A program made the position numbers and the translations under genes. This document shows positions 1-9,348 of a stretch of DNA of 37,153 nucleotides, in pieces. Each line of letters starts with the position of its first letter. Within the stretch, counting starts at the first letter, position 1. Below the pieces are notes generated by a model. That model was not told the origin of the DNA and searched no databases. It saw only the letters and a program-made list of their open reading frames with translations. The stretch comes from Candidatus Liptonbacteria bacterium (GTDB taxonomy: Bacteria; Patescibacteriota; Minisyncoccia; UBA6257; 2-01-FULL-56-20), in contig JACOXZ010000004.1 of assembly GCA_016182105.1 (NCBI GenBank), forward strand, positions 1 through 37,153. Reading direction: 5' to 3'.

Positions 1-2958
1 AGAAGTTTTGGCTCTTCCGGAAGCCGAGCCTAGCGACGCTCTTGAGAAGACAACTTTGGTCCGCAGTAGCGTCTGGGCATTGCTGTTCGCTGAAGACAAG
101 GTCACCGAGGTTGTGGTTTGCGAGGTATTGCCAAGCGCAGCCACTGTTTCACCCGTGGTGTCATTGGTCGTGTCAGTTGAAGTCGTAACCTTAAAGACGT
201 GAGTCGTGTTGTCTGTCGCGCCGGATGACTGGTAGGAAGGCACGTCAGCCTTTAAGACAAGCAAAGCTGATTGAGCCTTGGGCACAACAAAGGAGATTCC
301 GCTGAAGGTGTATATGTACCCAGGACCAGGATTAGAGGATGAGGCCGCGGTTGCGGGCGCGCCAGCGCTCGCGAGGAAGCTGCCGTCAGCCTTGTAGATA
401 TTAAAGTTCTGGAAGGCTGATTTTACGCCGCTAGCAACGCCGCTGGTAGCTGCCACCTGCTGGAAGATCTTAAGATCGGTGATCCTTACGTCTTCGATGT
501 TCGTGGTCTCGGTAAAGCTGAACCGAGCGAGTTCAACTTGAGTTGAACCCATAACCCGATAATCAGGAGAAGTCCCTCCTGCCGCGACAACTACTGTGGG
601 CTGTCCAGCAACGGCCAAATCTTGGCCTGGAGTATTGCTGCAGCTTATCGAGGTGCCGGTTATGGCTCCTGAGCCAGAGCAGGCGCTAAGAGTCGTAACA
701 GCGGTGTAGGTAACGGCTGCTGCGCTATTCAAGACGTCAGCCACCACGTCCACAGTCTTCGACTGGCCAGATGGGACATTCAAACTGCCGGAGAAGGTGT
801 AACTCGCTGAAGCGGAGAGGGTTGTTTGGGTAATGCCAAACTGACTGCCGCTAGACATCAACTTCAAATTCTGGAAGTTGGTCGAGGAAGCGGATGTTGC
901 GATCGTGATCGTGTTCAAGTTCACGCCTTCAGCTGAAGAGGCTGTGAGGGTGTAAGAACCGATCTTCACTCCATTCGCTCCCTTAGAGACTTGCTGCGTG
1001 CCCAGTCCGACGTTCTTCGCGACGGTCAAGGCATTAGCAGCCAAGGTAAGGGCGCTCCCGCTCACCGAGCCGCTTGAAGCGGTCTGCGAAGAAATCTGAC
1101 CTTGAAGGTTAGATGTGTTTCCAGTGAGTTTCCCTTGGATCGTACTGAACGCTGCGCCGGTCTGAATGTCGCCTTTTAGGGTAAGAATTCGGGTCGTATT
1201 CGCCGGAACAATGTAGTTTATCGGCGAGGTCGAGTTCCCGAAACAGTTCGTGGCGGTTGAAGTCGCAAAGGCACCGGCTGTATCCGTACAAGACGGATTT
1301 GCCCCGGCGTTGTGCAACGAGTTAATCGTTGTGCCGATTTGGTTTCCCGCATCATCAGTCAAGCTCACGTTTTTGATCTCAACGTCCCAGGTATTACCCA
1401 AGGTGCCGGTTGGAACAAGCTGGAAAGTCAGCCATTTGACCTTCACCGCCTCGCCAGCCGCGTAGATCTTAAATTTAAGAAACGCGCTGCTCGCTGCGCC
1501 TTTGGCCACGTTCCCGGTTGGCGAGTCTGTTGCCAGATCAACCGTCAAAGATCCTTGTAGAATCGAGATTTGGACACCAGTGCCGCCGTTTACGGTAATC
1601 GAGACCGGCACATTGTACTGGGTGTCTATCGCTAAGACGTCGTAGGAGTTTAGAACTTCAAACTGGAAATTGAAGCTCGGAGAACCCATTACGTCTGCCT
1701 TGACCTGAACATTGCTGTTGCCGGTGTTTAATTTGACCGGCGATGAGGAAAGGTCAAAGTGAGCTGCGCCGTCGCCAGATACTGTAGGTAGTGTTGGGCC
1801 AGATTGCACGCCATTTACGAAGAGCCGGACGTTTTTAATGTCGCTCTTTGAAGCCGAACCAACCACCTTAAAGGTGAGACCCTTCAGCCAAACCGGGTTA
1901 TTGGTCGGGTTAAAGGTCCACTGGGAGACTACAACGTCCTGAGTGCCGGCATAAACCGAGGTTCCCACGGAAGATGAACTAACCGTGACCGAAGCAATCG
2001 AAGGATTCGATACCGAAGTAACGGTAAAGACATTACCGCTTATCGGGAATGCCCCGCTTGTCGCTACCGCGGTATTATTGAAGTCAACTGCGGCAATGCT
2101 TGACGCCATGTCCATGGTAAAGGAAACAGTGTTTCCGGCATTTAGTCCTGTTGCAGGATCAATTGCCAAAGACAAGCTCCTCGTCTGGCCGGCGTTTATG
2201 CCTAGATTCAAGCCGGTAAAGTTGATCACGCCTGAAGTAATCGAGCTGAACTGGCCGACTACCTTGCCATTCTCAATCAAGTAGGCTGAGGAAATCGACG
2301 AGTCAGAGAGAACGCCTTGCTTCGTGAACTTCAAGTCGTTCACAGTGACGCCGCCTGCGGTGCCAGCTGTCAGGTTCACTTTCAAAACTTCGACCCTCGC
2401 CGCAGCGGAGCCGGAGCTTGAAATGAGTGATCCGGCCGCAGGATTGTCCGCAGCACGACTTACTGCAAGACCAGATGCTGGAGCCGGAATAATTGGACCA
2501 GGCCCAGGCGTTACTGGACCGCCGCCTACAGAACTAAGGTAAGCTCGCGTCTTTGGACCGAAATAGCCGGCTGTTGGAGAAATTCCAACTGAAGCCTGGT
2601 ACTTACCTAAAGCTGCTTGCGTGAGCGAACCAAAGTATCCTGTGGGCGCTGAGACTGCGGTCAAAAAGCCGCCGTTAATCAGCATCTGCTGAAGGGCGCT
2701 AACATCGTCTCCTCTGCTTCCCAAGGTGAGGTCTCGGGTATAAGCGTAGGAGCCGCTAGGCGTCCCTTGCACAGCTGCTAACTGAGCTTGGAGAGCTTGA
2801 ACAAGCTTCAAAAGATCAGCGATCTGCTTAGTGAGGTCGGCTACTGACTGACCATGAGCCACTGGAACTGCTGGCAAAACATAAAGCGCTCCTGAAAGCC
2901 ACAGAGAGGTAGTTGCAGTTAGCGCTATCGAAGCTAATTTCTTACTGAATGTATTCAT
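1..2958 (-). CDS. Large secreted or cell-surface protein, N-terminal part only. The ORF starts at 2958 and runs open off the left edge of the window. It has a signal peptide (MNTFSKKLASIALTATTSLWLSGALY...), a putative peptidoglycan-binding domain (GDDVSALQQMLINGGFL...GYFGSLTQAALGKYQ...GYFGPKTRAYL) and then long Thr/Ser/Gly/Val-rich repetitive beta-type domains.
   Basis: I translated the minus strand by hand from ATG at 2958-2956. The ORF track has no long ORF in 1-2958 on either strand. A minus-strand ORF with no stop inside the window would be omitted, which fits. The PG_binding_1-like motif is visible. An AT-rich promoter-like region lies upstream at 2959-3266. Confidence 0.6.
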   Translation of the reverse strand, partial: MNTFSKKLASIALTATTSLWLSGALYVLPAVPVAHGQSVADLTKQIADLLKLVQALQAQLAAVQGTPSGSYAYTRDLTLGSRGDDVSALQQMLINGGFLTAVSAPTGYFGSLTQAALGKYQASVGISPTAGYFGPKTRAYLSSVGGGPVTPGPGPIIPAPASGLAVSRAADNPAAGSLISSSGSAAARVEVLKVNLTAGTAGGVTVNDLKFTKQGVLSDSSISSAYLIENGKVVGQFSSITSGVINFTGLNLGINAGQTRSLSLAIDPATGLNAGNTVSFTMDMASSIAAVDFNNTAVATSGAFPISGNVFTVTSVSNPSIASVTVSSSSVGTSVYAGTQDVVVSQWTFNPTNNPVWLKGLTFKVVGSASKSDIKNVRLFVNGVQSGPTLPTVSGDGAAHFDLSSSPVKLNTGNSNVQVKADVMGSPSFNFQFEVLNSYDVLAIDTQYNVPVSITVNGGTGVQISILQGSLTVDLATDSPTGNVAKGAASSAFLKFKIYAAGEAVKVKWLTFQLVPTGTLGNTWDVEIKNVSLTDDAGNQIGTTINSLHNAGANPSCTDTAGAFATSTATNCFGNSTSPINYIVPANTTRILTLKGDIQTGAAFSTIQGKLTGNTSNLQGQISSQTASSGSVSGSALTLAANALTVAKNVGLGTQQVSKGANGVKIGSYTLTASSAEGVNLNTITIATSASSTNFQNLKLMSSGSQFGITQTTLSASASYTFSGSLNVPSGQSKTVDVVADVLNSAAAVTYTAVTTLSACSGSGAITGTSISCSNTPGQDLAVAGQPTVVVAAGGTSPDYRVMGSTQVELARFSFTETTNIEDVRITDLKIFQQVAATSGVASGVKSAFQNFNIYKADGSFLASAGAPATAASSSNPGPGYIYTFSGISFVVPKAQSALLVLKADVPSYQSSGATDNTTHVFKVTTSTDTTNDTTGETVAALGNTSQTTTSVTLSSANSNAQTLLRTKVVFSRASLGSASGRAKTS

Positions 2959-3091
2959 TTAGTTTTTTCTTTCGACTAGTTTTTTGTTTATTTTTGTGAT
3001 TTTTAAGCTATTTCAACCCGTTACCGACCGCGGTCCCTAAAGTCGTGAGGTAACTCTTGGACTAGAACGAGCAAATAACTTTTTGATTTCA

Positions 3092-3120
3092 AATTAAAAA
3101 ACTCGCTTTTCAAAGCGAGG
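3092..3120 (-). terminator. Intrinsic terminator for the HTH-regulator gene: hairpin CTCGCTTT-TC-AAAGCGAG followed on the minus strand by a T-run.
   Basis: Perfect 8-bp stem at about 3103-3120 and an A-run at 3094-3101 on the plus strand (T-run on minus). It lies downstream of CDS 3267..3926 (-). Confidence 0.5.
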
Positions 3121-3266
3121 CTGATGTCAGCTCTTAGCTGACAACTGTTAGCTTTTAGTAAGCCCTGAGAGCTAGAAGCTAAAAGCTATAAGCTTAATTG
3201 GTTCAGCCTCACTCTGAACCCTAGATTAATTATAGCAGTATTTATAACGAAAATACTGGTGTGAGG

Positions 3267-3926
3267 TTACGCTTGCGATGTAAAACCCTTAATTTGGTAG
3301 TGACTGGAAAGACCGGCGGTCCCGACTTTTTCAATCAAACCCTGCTCGATAAGGGTTTGGAGGTCATAACGAACTGTTCTATCGCTTACATCCGGCAAAA
3401 ATTCCTGAATATCCTTTAATCGGCAGTTGCCGAATTGCCGGATTCTCTCGAGAATTGCCGATTGCCGGATTGCCGCTCTAATTGAAGCCTTATCATCAAT
3501 ACTTGTTTCTTCGCTGGCTTTTTTATTATCTTCTTTATGTTCTCTCTTAACTTTCTCCATATTATCCACAGGAATTGGCTTTTTGGAAAAAATAGGCTCT
3601 AAATTCAAATCCGGCAATTTTGCCGTATTCTCGAATTCGGCAATTGCCGAATTAAAATTGCCGATTTCATTAATTACTAGGTAACTGTTTGCCGGATTAA
3701 TTAGATTTACATCAGTCCCCAGCCTTAAAAGATATTCAATTGAATTTAAAACTAACCGGCATTCGGCATAATCCTTTAAAATGGCTGTGGATAAAATCTT
3801 TAGAGCTTGATCTTCTAGCTGTTTTGCCAAACTTCCGTTCTTCAGAATTCCGGATACTCTAAAAATGGCATAACTTATTTCGTAGGCCTTTTTAGTGGCA
3901 AATTGACTGAAATTGTCATCCGGCAT
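3267..3926 (-). CDS. Transcriptional regulator with a C-terminal DeoR-type winged HTH (…DVSDRTVRYDLQTLIEQGLIEKVG…). The N-terminal domain is unassigned.
   Basis: 219-aa ORF with a DeoR-like HTH motif at the C-terminus. Many CGGCAATTGCCG-type palindromes are embedded in the gene and just upstream of it. Confidence 0.55.
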   Translation of the reverse strand: MPDDNFSQFATKKAYEISYAIFRVSGILKNGSLAKQLEDQALKILSTAILKDYAECRLVLNSIEYLLRLGTDVNLINPANSYLVINEIGNFNSAIAEFENTAKLPDLNLEPIFSKKPIPVDNMEKVKREHKEDNKKASEETSIDDKASIRAAIRQSAILERIRQFGNCRLKDIQEFLPDVSDRTVRYDLQTLIEQGLIEKVGTAGLSSHYQIKGFTSQA

Positions 3927-3940
3927 TTTACAAAACTATT

Positions 3941-3961
3941 ATTGCCGGATAATCCGGCAAT
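3941..3961. promoter_or_regulatory. Perfect 21-bp palindrome ATTGCCGGAT-A-ATCCGGCAAT in the 36-bp gap upstream of the HTH-regulator gene. Candidate operator.
   Basis: Seen directly. The same half-site (TTGCCG / CGGCAA) recurs at least 10 times inside the regulator ORF. Confidence 0.45.
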
Positions 3962-3962
3962 G

Positions 3963-4742
3963 TCAATTTTGCCGAAGGATTTCCTCGGCATTGCGGAAAC
4001 CTTTAATCGTGCCGCAGTCGAGCCGCCTGCCGCCAAATTCCCAACCATAGATAAGACCGTGAGCCTCGAGCTCCTTTTGGAAAGCTTCGGTAATGCCTAA
4101 GACGTCTTCATTTAATGATGCGAGGCCTCTCTCTAAGTTTTTAAGATTTCTTAGTATAGCCGGGGTCAAGGCATAGCCGCCCACAATCGTAAGGTTAGAG
4201 GGCGCTTCGCTAATTTTTGGCTTCTCTACAATTTCGGAAATTTGATAAAACCGTCGCCTTTCAGATCTTTTAATCCCTACCACCCCATAGCGCGGAACGA
4301 ATTTCCTCGGCACCCGCTCTAAAAGCAAAATAGGAGCTTGGTAATCATGAAAAAGCTTAATTAAAGAAACCAGGGGAGGTGGGTCGTGAGACAAGAGATC
4401 ATCGCAGTAGCGCACTACAAAAGGATCTTTTTTGACGAGATCAGCCGCTTGTAAAACCGCATGCCCGGTCCCCAGAGGTTTCTCTTGGAAACGAAAATGA
4501 ATTTTAAGTCCTTCAAGTTTTAGAGAATTAATACTTAAATACTTTTTAAAATATTTCTCATGGTTGGGGCTCACAACTAAAATAACTTCCTCGATGCCGC
4601 TTTCTTTGGCCTCTCGGAGCACATAGCCTAAAAGCGGATCGCCATTCAAAGGCACAAGGGCCTTGGGCGTACGCCAAGTAAGCGGCCGCAAACGTTTCCC
4701 AATACCGGCTACCGGCAAAACAAGCTTAGTAATTTTCTTCAT
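3963..4742 (-). CDS. galU: Sugar-1-phosphate nucleotidyltransferase, UTP-glucose-1-phosphate uridylyltransferase (GalU)-like. The likely start is the internal MKKITKLVLPVAGIGKRLRPLT; the ORF track extends it to 4790.
   Basis: N-terminal LPVAGIGKRLRPLT...PKALVP and EKPLGTGHAV motifs are typical of GalU/RmlA-type nucleotidyltransferases. An ATG at 4742-4740 directly abuts the stop of the upstream gene. Confidence 0.6.
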   Translation of the reverse strand: MKKITKLVLPVAGIGKRLRPLTWRTPKALVPLNGDPLLGYVLREAKESGIEEVILVVSPNHEKYFKKYLSINSLKLEGLKIHFRFQEKPLGTGHAVLQAADLVKKDPFVVRYCDDLLSHDPPPLVSLIKLFHDYQAPILLLERVPRKFVPRYGVVGIKRSERRRFYQISEIVEKPKISEAPSNLTIVGGYALTPAILRNLKNLERGLASLNEDVLGITEAFQKELEAHGLIYGWEFGGRRLDCGTIKGFRNAEEILRQN

Positions 4743-4743
4743 C

Positions 4744-5469
4744 TTATATACCCCACTCGGTTGAAGCAAGGATAAAAACGAGAAACACAAACAAAAAAGA
4801 AAGTCCTACGATGATTTTTTTAGGGAAAAGGAACCCCCGAAGATAATCTAAGGTTAAAGCCAGGATGACAAGCGTGAAGGCTCCGAAAAAAGCCATCTGA
4901 TAATAAAAGCTAAATGGCAGAAAAAGCAGGAGAAACGCAAGCTCAAGGCCAAGAAGACCAAGGATTCCAAGGGCAAGAAGCTTCTTGGAACTCCCAGCTT
5001 TCAAAGTTCGAGGACTCGAGAACTCTTCGTAGTTGTAGAGATTTTTGCTTAAAAGAAAAAGAATGGCGGTCATGACGAGTGACCAAAAAGTTACACTCAA
5101 GCTCCCCCAGCTAGAAAATCTATGGAAAAAACCGGAAGTGACAAGAAAAATTAAGGCTACAGTCATCAGCTTATAAGCTAAGACTCTTTTTATGAAAATA
5201 AGATCCTTAATTCCTAGGATTAAATAAAGAGTCAGACTTAAAAAAGCTCCTCTAACTAAACCTCTTTCGAAGACTGCGGCGCTTAGGGTCGTAAGAAGAA
5301 AAGGGAGTACCAAACGAAAAATTTGAAAAGGCGGAAAAAAATAAAGATAGAACGCTATCAAAAGGAAAAGCCAGAACGGCAAAAAAAGCCAGGCCGCCCC
5401 AAAGATGGCGGCCTTAAATATCAAAAACCAGGGAATTGACCTTGAAATTGACCTTAACTTTACTGCCAT
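4744..5469 (-). CDS. Polytopic integral membrane protein of unknown function. The start is uncertain because the annotated ATG overlaps the clpB 3' end by 56 nt.
   Basis: 241-aa, highly hydrophobic, multi-TM ORF. Confidence 0.45.
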   Translation of the reverse strand: MAVKLRSISRSIPWFLIFKAAIFGAAWLFLPFWLFLLIAFYLYFFPPFQIFRLVLPFLLTTLSAAVFERGLVRGAFLSLTLYLILGIKDLIFIKRVLAYKLMTVALIFLVTSGFFHRFSSWGSLSVTFWSLVMTAILFLLSKNLYNYEEFSSPRTLKAGSSKKLLALGILGLLGLELAFLLLFLPFSFYYQMAFFGAFTLVILALTLDYLRGFLFPKKIIVGLSFLFVFLVFILASTEWGI

Positions 5470-8062
5470 CTTTCAGTTCTCCTCGAATAATTTTATCGGC
5501 CAATTTATCGAGGATTAATTTCTGAATGATCCTTTTCAAGGGCCTAGCACCGAACTCCGGATCAAAGCCTTCTTTGGCCAAGTGTTTGCGGGCTCCCGGA
5601 TCAATCGCGATTTTAATTCTATGCTCGAGGAGCCGCTTTTGAACCAAGTCTAGCTGGATCTCGATTATTTTTTCGATATCTTCCGGCCGCAGGGGATTGA
5701 AGATAATAATCTCATCAATGCGGTTCAAAAACTCCGGCCGGAAATTATCCCTCAATGCTGTCATGATCTTCCCTCGATAATCGTCTTCTTCTCTTTTTAA
5801 TTCCTCGTGGGAGGGAGCGGTGAAACCCAAGCTGGACATTGCCCGAAGATACTGGCTTCCTACATTCGAGGTCATAATGATAATCGAGTTTTTGAAATTC
5901 ACTATCTTGCCTTTGCCGTCGGTGAGCCTGCCGTTATCAAGAATTTGAAGGAGGATATTAAAAACTTCGGGGTGGGCTTTCTCAATTTCGTCAAAAAGAA
6001 TGAGGCTATAGGGCCTGTGGCGCACGGTCTCTGTGAGCTGTCCGCCTTCTTCGTGACCGACATAGCCGGGGGGCGAACCGATGAGGCGGCTAACCGAATG
6101 CCTCTCCATATACTCGGACATGTCAATGCGGATCAAAGCCTTGTCGTCGTTAAACATAAACTCGGCCAAGGCCTTGGCGAGTTCGGTTTTGCCGACACCG
6201 GTTGGACCAAGAAACATAAATGAACCCAAGGGACGATACTCGTCAGAAAGACCTGCTCTTGCCCTGCGCAAGGCGCTAGAAACGGCCTCGATGGCTTCTC
6301 TTTGGCCAACCACTCTTCCTTCTAAAATTTCCTCTACCTTCAAAAGCTTTTCGCTTTCTGACTCCAAAATCCTTTGAATCGGGATACCGGTCCAGACCGA
6401 AACAACGGCAGCCACATCTTCTTTATCTACTGCTTCCTTGAGGAAACGCGGGTCTTCTTCATTTTTTGTTTTAAATTTAGATCGTTCGCTGAAATTTTTC
6501 TTTTCAAAGATTTCAAAATCTTTTTGGGCTTGAGGTAACTCTCCATAGAGGAGCTTGGCCACTTTCTCGAGGTCGCCGGCTCTCTCCGCTAGCTCCGCCT
6601 CCCTCTTCAAACTTTCCATTTTCTGGCGCAGCTGATGGAGAGTTTCGAACTTGATCCGCTCGGCATGCCACTTCGCTGAAAGTTCGTCATTCCCTTCTTT
6701 GAGGCGCTTGAGTTCTCTTTCAATCTCTTTAAGCCGTTCTCCGCGCTTTTTGCCTTTTTCTTGAGAGATGGCCTGTTTTTCAATTTCTAACTTGGTTATC
6801 TCCCGGCGCAATTTATTAATTTCTTTAGGCAAACTTTCACTCTGAATTCTTCGCGCGGCTGCTGCCTCGTCAATCAAGTCCACTGCCTTATCTGGCAAAA
6901 AACGGTCAGAAATATAGCGGGCCGAGAGATTCACGGCCTCGTGAATCGCCTCGTCGCTTATGCGAATACCGTGGTGAATTTCGTATTTTTCCTTGAGACC
7001 ACGGAGGATGGAAATGCTATCTTCAATCGAGGGTTCTTCAACTAAAATCGGCTGGAAACGACGCTCCAAGGCCGGATCTTTCTCGATATAGCGCTGATAT
7101 TCCCTCGTTGTCGTTGCGCCAATCGCGTGAAGCTCGCCTCGGGCCAGCGCCGGCTTCAGGAGATTTGAAGCATCAATCGCGCCTTCGGCGGCGCCCGCAC
7201 CCACAATCGTATGGATCTCATCAATGAAGAGTAAAAGCCTACCGCTCGCGTTTTTAATTTCTTTAACAAAAGCCTTGAGACGGTCTTCAAATTCGCCACG
7301 GAATTTCGTCCCGGCAATTAGTGCCCCAAGATCAAGCATAATAATCTGTTTGTCCTTCAAGGGTTCTGGAACGTCGAGAGAGACAATCCTTTGAGCGAGG
7401 CCCTCCACAATCGCGGTTTTTCCGACACCGGACTCACCTATTAAAACAGGGTTATTTTTGGTGCGGCGGCTCAAAACCTGAATCACGCGCGAGAGCTCTT
7501 CCTCACGGCCGATCAATGGGTCAAGCTCGCCTGCCCGCGCTTTGTCTGTAAGGTTAATCGCATATTTTTCAAGCACCTGGAACTTTGTCTCTGGCGTCTC
7601 ATCAGTAATACGAACTGACCCTCGAAGCTGGGCAAGCACCCGGAAAGCTGTTTCCCTGCGGAGACCGAATTGCTGCAGAATTGCCTGGGCAGGCGAAGGC
7701 ACCTCGAGTAAGGCGAGGAGAAGATGCTCACAAGAAATGAATTCGTCTTTTTGTTGGGTCGCGATTTTCGCCGCCTGATCAAGAACCTTCATAAGCTCTT
7801 GGGAAAGGTAGAGCTGACCGATGTTTGAACCGCTTATAAGCTTAGGCAGACGCCCGAGTTCGGCTTCAATCTGTTCCTGTATTTTCTCCAAACTTATTCC
7901 CGAGCGAACCAAGACCGGCTGAACCAAAGACTGCGAATCCTGGATTAAAGCCGTAAGAAGGTGGAGAGCCTTGAGCTCGCCCTGGCTTCTTTGAGCCGCA
8001 ATATCCTGCGCGTTCTGGAGCGCCTCTTGAGCTTTAATGGTAAAACGTTGAAAGTTGGCCAT
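5414..8062 (-). CDS. clpB: ATP-dependent chaperone ClpB: two AAA+ modules with a coiled-coil middle domain.
   Basis: Walker A sites GESGVGKT and GPTGVGKT are present, with a long coiled-coil between them. 882 aa is the typical ClpB length and N-terminal domain arrangement. Confidence 0.9.
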   Translation of the reverse strand: MANFQRFTIKAQEALQNAQDIAAQRSQGELKALHLLTALIQDSQSLVQPVLVRSGISLEKIQEQIEAELGRLPKLISGSNIGQLYLSQELMKVLDQAAKIATQQKDEFISCEHLLLALLEVPSPAQAILQQFGLRRETAFRVLAQLRGSVRITDETPETKFQVLEKYAINLTDKARAGELDPLIGREEELSRVIQVLSRRTKNNPVLIGESGVGKTAIVEGLAQRIVSLDVPEPLKDKQIIMLDLGALIAGTKFRGEFEDRLKAFVKEIKNASGRLLLFIDEIHTIVGAGAAEGAIDASNLLKPALARGELHAIGATTTREYQRYIEKDPALERRFQPILVEEPSIEDSISILRGLKEKYEIHHGIRISDEAIHEAVNLSARYISDRFLPDKAVDLIDEAAAARRIQSESLPKEINKLRREITKLEIEKQAISQEKGKKRGERLKEIERELKRLKEGNDELSAKWHAERIKFETLHQLRQKMESLKREAELAERAGDLEKVAKLLYGELPQAQKDFEIFEKKNFSERSKFKTKNEEDPRFLKEAVDKEDVAAVVSVWTGIPIQRILESESEKLLKVEEILEGRVVGQREAIEAVSSALRRARAGLSDEYRPLGSFMFLGPTGVGKTELAKALAEFMFNDDKALIRIDMSEYMERHSVSRLIGSPPGYVGHEEGGQLTETVRHRPYSLILFDEIEKAHPEVFNILLQILDNGRLTDGKGKIVNFKNSIIIMTSNVGSQYLRAMSSLGFTAPSHEELKREEDDYRGKIMTALRDNFRPEFLNRIDEIIIFNPLRPEDIEKIIEIQLDLVQKRLLEHRIKIAIDPGARKHLAKEGFDPEFGARPLKRIIQKLILDKLADKIIRGELKDGSKVKVNFKVNSLVFDI

Positions 8063-8076
8063 CGCTTAGAATTTTA

Positions 8077-9348
8077 TCAGGGATTTGGCCGTTTGCCAAG
8101 AGTTACCCTAAGAGTTATCTCTTTGCCTCCGCGATTGATCTTTAGCTCTACCTTATCTCCAACGCCGAACTTCGAGATCGCTTCAATGAGCGTCCTGTCT
8201 TTGTCGATCTTTTCGCCGCTCACTTCTAAAATTATATCTTCCGCTTGAAGACCGAAGAGAGCCGCGGGTGAGTTTGGCTCCACGGCTGGTCCCTCATCGC
8301 TTCCTCTAACCAGTGCACCGTATTCAACCGGGAGTTTCTGCTGTTTCGCTATCTCCGGAGTCACTATAAAATAGCGAACCCCCAAAAACGGCGCCTGGAT
8401 CTCGCCCGTGGCTCTAACAGACTGGATATCGCGTTTAGCGAGATTCACTGGAATAGCAAAACCGATACTCTGGGCACCGGAGGCAATGGCCGTGTTAATG
8501 CCCACGACCTGGCCCCGTAGATTTAAAAGCGGACCGCCGGAATTGCCCTGGTTAATCGCCGCGTCGGTTTGAATTACGCCCTGAAGCCGTTCACTAAAAT
8601 CGCCTCCGCCAGAAGCAACGATGTTCCTTGAGAGGCCGGAGATAACACCTACGGAAACCGTGTTTCGGAATTCCCCTAAGGCATTCCCTATCGCAATCGC
8701 AGTTTGTCCGATCTCTAGAGTGTCGGAATCGCCGAGCTCGACCACCTTAAGGCCATGGGCTTCGATTTTAATTATGGCCAAATCCTGGGCTGGATCTCTC
8801 GCTAAAACTTTGGCTGAATATTTTTTGCCGTCATTCGTAAAAACAGTGTAGGAGGCCGTTCTGTCGGCAACCACGTGCTTGTTCGTCAAAATAAGGCCGT
8901 CAGAAGAAATAATGAAGCCGCTGCCGCCGCCAACTTCTTCAAACCTGGTGCCTTTCTCGCAGGGAACAAAAAATTGAGGAAACTGATCGCCGAAAAGATC
9001 CCTGAATTCCGGCGGCAAGTCTAGGAAAGGACTCGAAGGGCAATTTTCAATAATGGAAACATTCTTGGAGATAGTAATCGAAACCACTGCCGGCGAGGTT
9101 TTTTTAACCGCCTCAACCACTGCTCTTTCATAATCAATGGCTGGTTTATAAAGAGGAGTTGGGCTTTCTTTTGGCGGCTCGGTGGTCGGCGCTCCTGGTT
9201 TCTCGCCGGTTAAGGGCAAGATAAAGTTTTTGAAAAAGTCCTCAAAGATATTGGCCTTGGCCGTTTCTCTCGTAATCCCAAAACCGATGATTGCTCCTAA
9301 AAGTAGTATTCCCGAAAAGGCCAATAAAAATTTATAGCTTTTTTTCAT
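8077..9348 (-). CDS. htrA: HtrA/DegP-family periplasmic serine protease with a C-terminal PDZ domain. The likely true start is MKKSYKFLL. The ORF-track start at 9378 adds MRRSRSASNG, which is encoded by a terminal repeat of the element at 9346-9467.
   Basis: Trypsin-like catalytic motifs are present, including GNSGGPLLN. A PDZ-like C-terminus and an N-terminal TM anchor are visible. The gene lies 14 nt upstream of clpB on the same strand. Confidence 0.85.
   Translation of the reverse strand: MKKSYKFLLAFSGILLLGAIIGFGITRETAKANIFEDFFKNFILPLTGEKPGAPTTEPPKESPTPLYKPAIDYERAVVEAVKKTSPAVVSITISKNVSIIENCPSSPFLDLPPEFRDLFGDQFPQFFVPCEKGTRFEEVGGGSGFIISSDGLILTNKHVVADRTASYTVFTNDGKKYSAKVLARDPAQDLAIIKIEAHGLKVVELGDSDTLEIGQTAIAIGNALGEFRNTVSVGVISGLSRNIVASGGGDFSERLQGVIQTDAAINQGNSGGPLLNLRGQVVGINTAIASGAQSIGFAIPVNLAKRDIQSVRATGEIQAPFLGVRYFIVTPEIAKQQKLPVEYGALVRGSDEGPAVEPNSPAALFGLQAEDIILEVSGEKIDKDRTLIEAISKFGVGDKVELKINRGGKEITLRVTLGKRPNP

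Noticed and set aside
5807-6377. Plus- and minus-strand ORFs of 74-138 aa inside clpB. Similar antisense ORFs occur inside gyrA (28488..30441), pnp (18578..20221), recA (16305..17010) and elsewhere.
   Set aside because: They lie fully inside well-supported long genes on the opposite strand or in an alternate frame. They have low-complexity or Arg/Ser/Pro-rich translations typical of antisense reading of coding DNA.
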